Below are positions 36,769-45,573 of a stretch of 49,424 nucleotides of DNA, in pieces; the first letter of the stretch is position 1, and each line of letters starts with the position of its first letter. The notes beneath the pieces are model-generated. The model saw only the letters and a list, made by a program, of their open reading frames with translations. It did not search any database and was not told where the DNA came from. The stretch covers positions 1-49,424 of the forward strand of contig JAQVAY010000002.1 of NCBI GenBank assembly GCA_028690575.1, read 5' to 3'. The stretch is from Bacilli bacterium. Its GTDB lineage: Bacteria > Bacillota_I > Bacilli_A > RFN20 > CAG-826. A program made the position numbers and the translations under genes.

Positions 36769-37523
36769 TATTTATTGGCCTCCCAAAGAACAGCTGCGAT
36801 ATTGTCACTGCCACCATTAGCGTTAGCAAGAGCGATAAGCTCATTGACTTTTTGTTCGGTTGAATCATCGCTTTTTAAAATTGTGTATAGTGAGGTTTCT
36901 TCAACATTATTATATAAACCATCGCTGCAGACGAGAACATTTTCATTGAAATAAGATGTCAATTTAATATCAACATTAAGAGACGGGTAGATGCCTAAAG
37001 CATTGGTCAAAACATGGCGTTTTGGGTGAGTTCTCATTTCTTCTTTGCTTATTTTTCCGGTGCGATATAAGTAGGCGACATAGGTCTGATCTTCCGTAAT
37101 TTGGACAACTTCTTTCTCGCCTAATATATAAGCTCTAGAATCTCCAATTTGGGCGGTGATCATGTAACTAGACATAATTAACACGAGTGTCAATGTAGTC
37201 CCCATGCCTTCATAAATCTTATTTTTTTGCGCTTCTTGATAGATGGCGTTATTGGCGCTTTTGATGACCGCCATTACCCATTTCATCGCTAAAAAACGAT
37301 TGAGAAATTTTTGTTTATCATTGAATGAATCACTAATGATTTTGATGGCAATCGAAGCGGCATAATCGCCTTTATTAGATCCGCCCATTCCATCACAAAT
37401 AATCAAAAGAATATTGCCTTTGATATTAGTGAGAGCGGCGGCCCGATCTTCATTTGTTAAACGAACCTTGCCAATATCAGTTCCAAAGGCATAAGTTCCA
37501 GATATATACATTTTTTGTTTCAT
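36768..37523 (-). CDS. prpC: PP2C-family Ser/Thr phosphatase
   Basis: RLTNEDR, CDGMGG and GGSDNIA. It lies immediately upstream of prkC. Confidence 0.92.
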   Translation of the reverse strand: MKQKMYISGTYAFGTDIGKVRLTNEDRAAALTNIKGNILLIICDGMGGSNKGDYAASIAIKIISDSFNDKQKFLNRFLAMKWVMAVIKSANNAIYQEAQKNKIYEGMGTTLTLVLIMSSYMITAQIGDSRAYILGEKEVVQITEDQTYVAYLYRTGKISKEEMRTHPKRHVLTNALGIYPSLNVDIKLTSYFNENVLVCSDGLYNNVEETSLYTILKSDDSTEQKVNELIALANANGGSDNIAAVLWEANK

Positions 37524-38566
37524 AATAAGTTATCTTCTACTTTGGCTCTTAATTGACCGCAAGCAGCATCGATATCAGAACCGAATTCCTTGCGAATAGT
37601 AGCGGTGACTCCACCTTTTGTCAAATAGTCAAGAAAGAGATGGATGCGATTGCCACTACTTCTTTTGTAACTGCAAAGATTAGTTTCATTATACGGGATT
37701 AAATTCACATATCCCATTGTTCCTTTGATTAAATCAATAAGTTCCTGGGCGTTTTCTTTGGTATCGTTGAGATCAGCTAATAAAAGATACTCATAAGTGA
37801 CACGGCGACCGCTTAATTTCTCATACTCCCGAACAGCGGGCATCAAAACTTCAAGAGGGTATACTTTATTGATTTTCATCAATTGGTTTCTTAACTCATT
37901 ATTAGGAGCGTGCAAAGATATCGCTAAATTGGTCTGGAGACCTTCTTGGGCATATCTTCTAATCGCATCCGGTATTCCACAAGTGGAAACAGTAATATGG
38001 CGCGCTCCAATGGCGAGTCCTTTAGGATGATTAACAATTCGGATAAAATCCATTAAATTTTCATAGTTATCAAATGGTTCACCGGTTCCCATCACGACGA
38101 CATGGGTAATTCGTTGTCCTTTGCCTTCATCTTCAAGAAGTTGGTTGATGACTAAAAGCTGACCAATCATTTCATCGACCGTCAAATTCCTTTGTTTGCC
38201 TAGGCGTCCAGATGAACAAAAAGAACAACCCATGTTGCAGCCGACTTGACTAGAAACACATACCGCATTTCCATATGAATAGCGCATTAAAACAGTTTCG
38301 ATTTTAGCTCCATCGCTTAAAGAAAGCAAAACTTTGATGGTCCCGTCACTGCTTTCTTGTTTGAGGTGAATAGAAGGCAAATCGAGACAATATTTTTCTT
38401 TTAAAACTTCCCGGAATTTTAATGAGACATCACTCATTTCATCAAAAGTTCGGGCTTTCTTTTCATAAATCCAAGTGAAAAGTTGCGTGGCGCGATATGG
38501 CTTTTGGCCTTCTTTAACCATTTGTTCAGTCAATTTACTAATTTCTTGAGCAAAAAGATTAAGCAT
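37520..38566 (-). CDS. rlmN: 23S rRNA/tRNA (adenine-C2)-methyltransferase RlmN (radical SAM)
   Basis: CNMGCSFC radical-SAM cluster, GTGEP, and the second catalytic Cys in DIDAACGQL. Confidence 0.93.
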   Translation of the reverse strand: MLNLFAQEISKLTEQMVKEGQKPYRATQLFTWIYEKKARTFDEMSDVSLKFREVLKEKYCLDLPSIHLKQESSDGTIKVLLSLSDGAKIETVLMRYSYGNAVCVSSQVGCNMGCSFCSSGRLGKQRNLTVDEMIGQLLVINQLLEDEGKGQRITHVVVMGTGEPFDNYENLMDFIRIVNHPKGLAIGARHITVSTCGIPDAIRRYAQEGLQTNLAISLHAPNNELRNQLMKINKVYPLEVLMPAVREYEKLSGRRVTYEYLLLADLNDTKENAQELIDLIKGTMGYVNLIPYNETNLCSYKRSSGNRIHLFLDYLTKGGVTATIRKEFGSDIDAACGQLRAKVEDNLL

Positions 38567-39836
38567 TCTTGGGTTCCTCTTTTTTTAAGATGGCGAAAAA
38601 TAAACTTTCTTCATATTCGCTGAAGGGGAAAAACTGCTTATCCGTCACAAGAGAAAAGGTTGGGTTATTTTCAATGAATCGTTTGATAAGTCTTCGCGAC
38701 TCTTTTTTGTTGATCGTTGGTATGGCGTAAATCAGCTGACCACCATCTTCAACAAGAGCGGCACACTCTTGAAGCGCTAATTCTTGAGATTTGATAATCC
38801 CATCAAGTTGATCGGATGACACTCTCAAGAAATAATCAGGCGTCGATTTCAATAAAGCTAATTTTGAGCTATCTGGGAATAGAAAAAAGGTGTGAACTGG
38901 TTTAGATATACAAGTGATAATTTGAGAAGGTGTGGCTTCAAAAAAGGAAGCGTTTTTCAAATTAAAACTGACAATTGTTTTTTTGCTAGCAAAAAATGCT
39001 TGAGCATCTCCAATGATTAAGTCAAATTTGACATTGCGGTCAAATTTATGCATCAATCCTAAGAATGCGTTATTTGGATAGTTCGAATAAATCGCGATGC
39101 CTCTTAAGGGATCAATATCCGCTTGAGCAAATACTTCATTCCAAGCAGGAGAGATATCGATGATTTCCTTCTTTTGGAACGCGAGATGCTTCTTAATGTT
39201 TGAGTTGTTTTTAGAAAGGACAAAATCAGGAAATGGGCTGGCGATTAAATCGGGATATTTCGCTAATAAATCTTCTTGGCTATTCATGTCTTTATTAACA
39301 AGGCAAAATCTTGATGATGGTCTAGAATTACTTCGCAAAATGCGATAAGTCAAATGTTCACCAAAGTGTTTGGTCCACATTTTTACTAACCAAAGCGGAG
39401 TGTTAAACCGATATGACAAATAATCGAGCGATTCTTTGCTAATTTCTAAAGGAATTAGGTTTTCAGTATTTACATTAATTTCCGCGATAATTTGGGCAAC
39501 ATCCCTGTTTTTAAAACGTTCTAATTTTGAAATAGCTTCAATCAGGATTTGGCTCATGTCTTCAATCGCCACGGATTTAATGAAAAGACGATTGGAAAAA
39601 TAAAGCAAAACGAGAGTGAGATTATTAACATCGAGAGAACCAAAGGTTTTTTCAGAGAGATAGGAAAAAACATAATAATGGCGAAGAGAGCAGCCAACAC
39701 ATTTAATAATTTCGGTTCGTTCAATAGATGAAATCTTTTGGTCTTTTAACAGGCTGCGAATAGCCAAATTAAAAGAGATATTCTTTTCAAGAATTTCATT
39801 GAGCACTTGTGATGAAAGAGAAACAATTATATTCAT
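38559..39836 (-). CDS. rsmB: RsmB/Sun-like protein with degenerate methyltransferase motifs (probably inactive)
   Basis: It has a NusB-like N-terminus, RsmB-like PLWLVKMWTKHFGE, and the position between priA and rlmN. However, the SAM loop reads IAIYSNYPNNAF (expected DLCAAPGGKT), motif IV reads FPDSS (expected DAPCS) and motif VI reads YAIPT (expected YATCS). Confidence 0.7.
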   Translation of the reverse strand: MNIIVSLSSQVLNEILEKNISFNLAIRSLLKDQKISSIERTEIIKCVGCSLRHYYVFSYLSEKTFGSLDVNNLTLVLLYFSNRLFIKSVAIEDMSQILIEAISKLERFKNRDVAQIIAEINVNTENLIPLEISKESLDYLSYRFNTPLWLVKMWTKHFGEHLTYRILRSNSRPSSRFCLVNKDMNSQEDLLAKYPDLIASPFPDFVLSKNNSNIKKHLAFQKKEIIDISPAWNEVFAQADIDPLRGIAIYSNYPNNAFLGLMHKFDRNVKFDLIIGDAQAFFASKKTIVSFNLKNASFFEATPSQIITCISKPVHTFFLFPDSSKLALLKSTPDYFLRVSSDQLDGIIKSQELALQECAALVEDGGQLIYAIPTINKKESRRLIKRFIENNPTFSLVTDKQFFPFSEYEESLFFAILKKEEPKNA

Positions 39837-40294
39837 TAGTCACCTGGTTTAAAATCTTTGAAGACATCACCAGTATAGATTTGGTCATCGCCTTCTCCTT
39901 CTTCGAGGTCTTCATCGTCATGATCGGTATCGACATCAACGAGATTGTCTTCGGTAATGAATCGAGGGTAATTTTCATTAATATTTTGAAAACGATTGTC
40001 TTGAGAGTAATAGTAAAATTCGACTGTCTTATGAATAGCGACTTCTCCGATTCCATTGAGAAGGAGATCAGCCATCATTTTTTGTAAGACGCTGACTTTT
40101 AATGGAGCATGGACGTGTATAAGCAAATTCCATGAAGTTTGTTCGGTTCCTTTGTGAAAAATCATATTATTGGGAGCTATGAAATTGACTTCATCTTCTT
40201 CCACTTCATATAGCTTGGCAATTAGAGGGGTAAGTTCGCGAGACAAGCGGCCAACCACGAACTGATCTAGGCCATAAAAAATTAAAGTAATCAT
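39836..40294 (-). CDS. DUF1904-like small protein with an acidic C-terminal tail
   Basis: MITLIFYGLDQFVVGRLSRELTPLIAKLYEVEEDEVNFI...WNLLIHVHAP... resembles the DUF1904/tautomerase-like pattern as I recall it. The tail is DVDTDHDDEDLEEGEGDDQIY. GAAGGAAG lies 5 nt upstream of ATG 40294. Confidence 0.5.
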   Translation of the reverse strand: MITLIFYGLDQFVVGRLSRELTPLIAKLYEVEEDEVNFIAPNNMIFHKGTEQTSWNLLIHVHAPLKVSVLQKMMADLLLNGIGEVAIHKTVEFYYYSQDNRFQNINENYPRFITEDNLVDVDTDHDDEDLEEGEGDDQIYTGDVFKDFKPGD

Positions 40295-40342
40295 AAATTC
40301 TTCCTTCGTTTTAATATAATACAATAAAATACAAATTTTTTG

Positions 40343-42538
40343 TTAAAAATTGTATGGATCAATATTTACATCGATATTAACGCCAGACTTTTTAGCATAT
40401 AAATCAATCAACTTAATGAGCGTTTCTTGAATTGCTGAATAGTCACGGTATTTGATGAGAATTGTCCTCAAAAATAAGAGGTGATCCCTAGCAATATAGG
40501 GAGTTGTTGGACCGAGAATCACAGCTTTGTCACCAAGTTGATCATTTAAGTAATCAACAGCGTTATAGGTCTGGGTAATAACAGTTTCCTCTTTCTTTCC
40601 CGAAATGGTTAAACTTGCCAGAAAATAGTAGGGAGGATAATTTTGCAATTTTCTCATTCCCATCTCTTTTTGAAAAAAACCTTCGTAATCCTGTCTGGCC
40701 CCGTAAGTAATAGCGTAATGAGATGGATTGTAGGTTTGAATGATAGCCTTACCAATCTTGTCGCTTCTTCCTGATCTTCCCACCGCTTGGGTAATCAATT
40801 GAAAAACCCTTTCCGAACTTCTAAAAGACGGCATTGATAAACCAATATCCGCAAGGACAATCCCGACTAAAGTTACATCAGGAAAGTCGTGTCCCTTAGC
40901 AATCATCTGAGTCCCAATTAGAATATCAGCGGTTTTTTTGCGGAAAGACTCAATAATTGAGGGTATTTTGTTGCGCACTTTTGTCGAATCACTATCAAGA
41001 CGAAGTGTTCTTGCTTCGGGAAATAAACGGTGAACTTCTTCTTCAATTCTTTCCGTTCCAAACCCTGTTTTCATTAAGTATTTGGACCCGCATTCTGGAC
41101 ATGTTTCAGGCATAACTTGCACATAGTCACAGTGATGACATTTGAGCATGTTATCACCCTTGTGATAGGTTAGAGCTATTCCGCATGTCGGACAGCGGAA
41201 TAAATACCCACAGTTGCGGCAAGAAACGCTGGTCGAAAAACCTCGACGATTAATTAAAAGTATCGCTTGTTGGTGAGAGATTAATATTTTTGATAGTTCA
41301 TCTCTTAATGAAAGAGAAAAAATGTAAGATTCCCGATCGATATTATGATAGTCGGCTAAATTAATTATTTTGGTAGCAGGGAGTTTTTGTTCATTTATGC
41401 GTTTATCTAATCGCAAAAGATGATAGATTCCATTCTTTGCTCGAGCCCTTGACTCTAAAGAAGGGGTAGCACTGCCTAAAAGCACTTTTGCTTTATGCAT
41501 TTCTCCTCTCATGATAGAGACTTCACGAGCGTGATAAAAAGGAGTGGTATCTTGTTTATATGATTCAACATGCTCTTCATCAAGTATAATTAAGCCAATT
41601 TTCTCTAAAGGAGCAAAAATAGCGCTTCTCGCTCCAATAACAATGTGGGCTTCTCCACGAGCTATTTTGCGATATTCATCATATTTTTCAGCCGGAGTTA
41701 ACTCGCTATGCAAAATGGCGACTTGATGCTTAAAGCGCCGAATAAAATATTCCATCATCATCGGAGTTAAAGATATTTCCGGAACTAGGAATAAAACACT
41801 GTTGCCTTTTTCTAATTCTCGTTCACATAAAGTTAGATAAACTTCGGTTTTCCCACTACCAGTTATTCCCTGTAAAAGATAGACAGAGTCATCACTTTTG
41901 GAAAAATCGTCAATAACTCTTTGCTGATCATCAGTCAATAGCGGGGGCTTTTGAAGAGAATAATCAGGAATAAGGAGTCGGCGCTTTTCTTCTTTAAGAA
42001 TTTTTATCAATTCTCTAGAAAGCAATTTTTCAACAACACTAGGAGAACCAACTTCTCTTTTTAAAATTTTTCCTTCTTTTTTGATTAAACGGAGAATTTC
42101 AATTTGCTTATCCGTTAAATCTTCTTCCGAATAACGTTTTATTGAAAGGTATTGGTCATAAGCAATCTTGGGAGCTTTTAAAGACGATTTCCTTGGAGAT
42201 AAGGAGGGAGGAAGCATGGATTGGAGAACACTTATAAAAGGGGCTAAATAATAGTCTGACACTCGCCTAGCCAAAGAAAACAAATCTTCATTTAGCAATG
42301 GCGACTCATCAATAACATCAACGAGGTAATCAAGTCGGTATCCACTTTCTTCTTCTAATTGCTCACTAGTTTTGTCGGTGGATTTGACTGATAGAACATA
42401 ACCCATTAGTTCGCGGTGATTAAAATTTACCAAAACACGAAAACCAGGACCGATATTTTTCTTGCCTTCGTAGAGATAAGAAAAAGGACGATCTAGTGTA
42501 TGACTTGCGTATTCAATTAAGATTTCAACTATGCGCAT
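40343..42538 (-). CDS. priA: Primosomal protein N' (replication restart helicase PriA)
   Basis: Walker A GITGSGKTEVY, DEEH box, and a Cys-rich zinc insertion (CRNCGYLFRCPTCG...CHHC...CPECGS). 731 aa. Confidence 0.95.
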   Translation of the reverse strand: MRIVEILIEYASHTLDRPFSYLYEGKKNIGPGFRVLVNFNHRELMGYVLSVKSTDKTSEQLEEESGYRLDYLVDVIDESPLLNEDLFSLARRVSDYYLAPFISVLQSMLPPSLSPRKSSLKAPKIAYDQYLSIKRYSEEDLTDKQIEILRLIKKEGKILKREVGSPSVVEKLLSRELIKILKEEKRRLLIPDYSLQKPPLLTDDQQRVIDDFSKSDDSVYLLQGITGSGKTEVYLTLCERELEKGNSVLFLVPEISLTPMMMEYFIRRFKHQVAILHSELTPAEKYDEYRKIARGEAHIVIGARSAIFAPLEKIGLIILDEEHVESYKQDTTPFYHAREVSIMRGEMHKAKVLLGSATPSLESRARAKNGIYHLLRLDKRINEQKLPATKIINLADYHNIDRESYIFSLSLRDELSKILISHQQAILLINRRGFSTSVSCRNCGYLFRCPTCGIALTYHKGDNMLKCHHCDYVQVMPETCPECGSKYLMKTGFGTERIEEEVHRLFPEARTLRLDSDSTKVRNKIPSIIESFRKKTADILIGTQMIAKGHDFPDVTLVGIVLADIGLSMPSFRSSERVFQLITQAVGRSGRSDKIGKAIIQTYNPSHYAITYGARQDYEGFFQKEMGMRKLQNYPPYYFLASLTISGKKEETVITQTYNAVDYLNDQLGDKAVILGPTTPYIARDHLLFLRTILIKYRDYSAIQETLIKLIDLYAKKSGVNIDVNIDPYNF

Positions 42539-42553
42539 ATCATCGAGTTCGTC

Positions 42554-43135
42554 CTATAAATTATTCTGATGTATTTTTTTAAGAATTAGATGTGTGATTT
42601 CAGAAGACGCTCGACCAACTCGATCATTTAGAACGATGTAATCGTAATCTTTTGTCATAGTCATTTCTTTTTTGCCTTTTTCTAATCTCTCAAAAATGAT
42701 TTCTTCTGACTCACTACGACGATTCCGAATTCTCTTTTCAAGAGCTTTGAGTGAGGGTGGCATTAAAAAGAAAGAAATAACACCTTCATCTTTGACTTTG
42801 TCGAGAACTTGTTCCGCTCCATTTATTTCAATTTCAAGAAAAACGTTTTTGCCTTGAGAGCGAAGTTCTTCGACTTTGTTTTTAGGGGTTCCATAACGAT
42901 TACCCACAAACTCTGCCCATTCGAGGAAATTATTGTTGTCGATATTTTTTTGAAATTCTTCTTGAGAAACAAAATAATAATCTTGGCCGTCTTGCTCCAT
43001 GTTACGTGGAACACGAGTTGTCATGGAAATTGAGTAGACTAAATTAAGCTTCTCATTTTTCATGATTCGCTTTCTAACTGTCCCTTTTCCAACTCCGGAT
43101 GGGCCGCTAAGAATAATTAATAACCCTTTTTTCAT
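42554..43135 (-). CDS. gmk: Guanylate kinase
   Basis: GPSGVGKGT, TTRVPRNMEQDGQDYYFVS and YGT. Confidence 0.95.
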   Translation of the reverse strand: MKKGLLIILSGPSGVGKGTVRKRIMKNEKLNLVYSISMTTRVPRNMEQDGQDYYFVSQEEFQKNIDNNNFLEWAEFVGNRYGTPKNKVEELRSQGKNVFLEIEINGAEQVLDKVKDEGVISFFLMPPSLKALEKRIRNRRSESEEIIFERLEKGKKEMTMTKDYDYIVLNDRVGRASSEITHLILKKIHQNNL

Positions 43136-43204
43136 AAATTTTGTATGCGTTAATTATAAATACATATTTATACTAAGGCAAACTAATATGTTAAAATATC
43201 TTCA

Positions 43205-44596
43205 ATGAAATTGTCCCTTGGCACTTTAAAAATGATAGTAGATGATCTCAAAACTAAGATCATCAACAACTATATAAGCAATGTTTCTATTATTGGGAAT
43301 CATGATTTTCTTTTTTCTTTTTCGAAATACCGCGAGAAAAGACTATTTGTTTCTCTATCTCATCAGTCTCCCTTTCTTTGTTTAGTAAGTAACAATATGT
43401 CTTTTCCCACCACACTTGGTCGGTTAAACGACAACATCCGAAAAGAAATCAAGGATAGTTTAATAACTGATATCAGTATTCTCGCAGAAGATCGAATAGT
43501 GGCTTTTCAAATTACCAAAACAAATGATTTGTATGAGAAAATTTCTAAGACTTTAATTTTCGAACTTATTCCCACAAAACCCAATTTACTTGTCGTGGAT
43601 GATAAAGGGAAAAATATCTTTGTTCTCCATGAAATGTCTCTGGAAAAATCACGGCCACTTATGCGAGGAATCAGTTACGAGCCTCCTTTAAAAAAGGGAG
43701 AATTTAAGACTTTAATTAATGATGAGTCAATTTCTGATTACGAATCCATGGCAGAAGATAAATTAAAAGAGTCTCGACATAAACAAATTAAAGATCGCTT
43801 CGCCATTTTATTTCATCACTTGAAGAGTCGCTCGAAGAGTCTCGCTAAGAAAGAAATTGTTTTGAATAGCGAAATGAAAGACGCCGAAAAAGATTTATGT
43901 TTTCTTGAACACGGAAACATGCTTTTGGCTTTGAGCGATAACATTGAATCAATCAATTTGTATGTTAAAGCAAATAATCTCTCTTATGACAGCAAGTTAA
44001 GCGTCGGTATTAACGCGAACCATTATTTCAAGAAATACAAGAAGGCCAAACGAACCATCCAAATGAATCATTCCGAGATAATTAAAGCTCAAGAGGAAAT
44101 GGCGAGGCTTGAAGCTTTGATTGGTCAATCTCAATATATGAATGAAAACGAGCTTTATGAGTTGGCTCTTTCGGAAATGCCACATGAATTTAGTTCATCA
44201 AATCACAAAAAAACAAAAGATAAAGCAAGTATTGCATATGTTATTTACGATAATAGTAAAATCTATTTCGGAAAAAACGATAAACAAAATGAATGCATTA
44301 CTTTTAAACTTGCTCATCCAAGCGATTGGTTTTTTCATATCAAGGATTATCCTGGTTCACATGTTGTGATTGCAAATGAAAACCCTAGTGAGTCTCAAAT
44401 TTTACTCGCTGGAGAAATGTGCTTGGTTTTATCGAACAAAATAACCGCTGAGGTTCAATATGCTCAAATTAAAGATGTAAAAAAGACATCAAAAGTAGGA
44501 CAAGTAATATTGCAAAAACAACATCTGCTAATTATTAGAAACGTCCAAGAAGAAACCTTAAAACTATTGGATAATTCTTATAGGATGGTTATCTGA
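43205..44596 (+). CDS. rqcH: NFACT-family ribosome quality control protein (RqcH/FbpA-like), compact version
   Basis: It has an NFACT-N domain with an AEDRIV (DR) motif, a central coiled coil, and an NFACT-R/DUF814 motif, DWFFHIKDYPGSHVVI. It lies next to gmk as B. subtilis yloA does. Confidence 0.8.
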   Translation: MKLSLGTLKMIVDDLKTKIINNYISNVSIIGNHDFLFSFSKYREKRLFVSLSHQSPFLCLVSNNMSFPTTLGRLNDNIRKEIKDSLITDISILAEDRIVAFQITKTNDLYEKISKTLIFELIPTKPNLLVVDDKGKNIFVLHEMSLEKSRPLMRGISYEPPLKKGEFKTLINDESISDYESMAEDKLKESRHKQIKDRFAILFHHLKSRSKSLAKKEIVLNSEMKDAEKDLCFLEHGNMLLALSDNIESINLYVKANNLSYDSKLSVGINANHYFKKYKKAKRTIQMNHSEIIKAQEEMARLEALIGQSQYMNENELYELALSEMPHEFSSSNHKKTKDKASIAYVIYDNSKIYFGKNDKQNECITFKLAHPSDWFFHIKDYPGSHVVIANENPSESQILLAGEMCLVLSNKITAEVQYAQIKDVKKTSKVGQVILQKQHLLIIRNVQEETLKLLDNSYRMVI

Positions 44597-45050
44597 TTTT
44601 AATGCAGCTATCAAGAGTCTTTGTGAAGTCATTTTCAATTGAATAAACCGCCACCTTATTTTCAACAACAAACATAATAGGAACGAAAAAGTTTTCTTCA
44701 TAAGCCGGCAAAAAAGCTTCTTTACCACCATTTGTGATACTTAATAAAACATCGTAATCTTCCTCAGCAGTAATTGATATGTCAAAGTTGATATGATAGA
44801 TAGAAAAGTCTTTCTTTTTTAAAAACTCAATAAGAACGGTTTCTAAATTTTTACAGTGACTGCAAATTGATGTATCGATTACAAAAATGAGATTGGAAAG
44901 TTCGTCTACTGTTTGAGACATCTCACTCACTGTCTCCCAAAGGATGTATTGAGGGTTTTCATCTTTAACCATATAAAAAAATGGGCCTTGATAAGAATTA
45001 CAGGCCGTTAATAAAGATAGGAAGAAAAGAAAAATGCTGTTATTTTTCAT
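44589..45050 (-). CDS. Thioredoxin-fold lipoprotein with a CSHC motif
   Basis: The signal peptide plus lipobox is MKNNSIFLFFLSLLTAC. The CxxC lies after a beta strand (LIFVIDTSICSHCKNLE) and there is a later VP (candidate cis-Pro). Confidence 0.6.
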   Translation of the reverse strand: MKNNSIFLFFLSLLTACNSYQGPFFYMVKDENPQYILWETVSEMSQTVDELSNLIFVIDTSICSHCKNLETVLIEFLKKKDFSIYHINFDISITAEEDYDVLLSITNGGKEAFLPAYEENFFVPIMFVVENKVAVYSIENDFTKTLDSCIKIR

Positions 45051-45573
45051 TCGACAATTTTATTTCTTTGTTAAGAAAATCTTCCCCTTTTATCATTTCG
45101 TTAGTCGATAAATTGAGGAATTTTTGTTGTCTGAGCATCTCGTAGATGACAACCGCAACACAGTTGGAAACATTTAAGCTTCGAGCTTCTGGTACCATTG
45201 GTATTCTTAATAAGAATTCTGGTTTGTTGCGAAGTATATCATGAGGAATTCCTGTCGATTCCCGGCCAAACATTACATAATAATCTTTAACTGGATCAGT
45301 AAAATCAAACATTGTATAACTTTGGGAAGCATAGCGAGTCACATAATAGATAGTCTCTCCCTGATTCTTTCTTTGGAAGTCTTCGTAAGTTGGATAGTAA
45401 AAAAGTTTTAAATCATCAATGTAGTCTAATCCAACTCTTTTTAAATCTTTGCTTTCCAAAGAAAAAGATAGAGGACCTATGATGTGAAGGGTCGCATGAA
45501 CGGCCACACAGGTCCTCATTATATTTCCCGTGTTTTGGGGTTTTTCGGGCCGAAATAGCACGACATGAATCAT
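45040..45573 (-). CDS. trmL: tRNA (cytidine/uridine-34 2'-O)-methyltransferase, SpoU/TrmL family
   Basis: HVVLFRPEKPQNTGNIMRTC, FGRESTGIP and SLNVSNCVAVVIYE (SPOUT knot). Confidence 0.88.
   Translation of the reverse strand: MIHVVLFRPEKPQNTGNIMRTCVAVHATLHIIGPLSFSLESKDLKRVGLDYIDDLKLFYYPTYEDFQRKNQGETIYYVTRYASQSYTMFDFTDPVKDYYVMFGRESTGIPHDILRNKPEFLLRIPMVPEARSLNVSNCVAVVIYEMLRQQKFLNLSTNEMIKGEDFLNKEIKLSNEK

Noticed and set aside
39796-40087. Two overlapping 86-aa and 92-aa ORFs on opposite strands over the DUF1904-like gene.
   Set aside because: They compete with the 152-aa ORF, which has a good RBS, a fold-like pattern and a start/stop junction with rsmB. The alternatives have neither.
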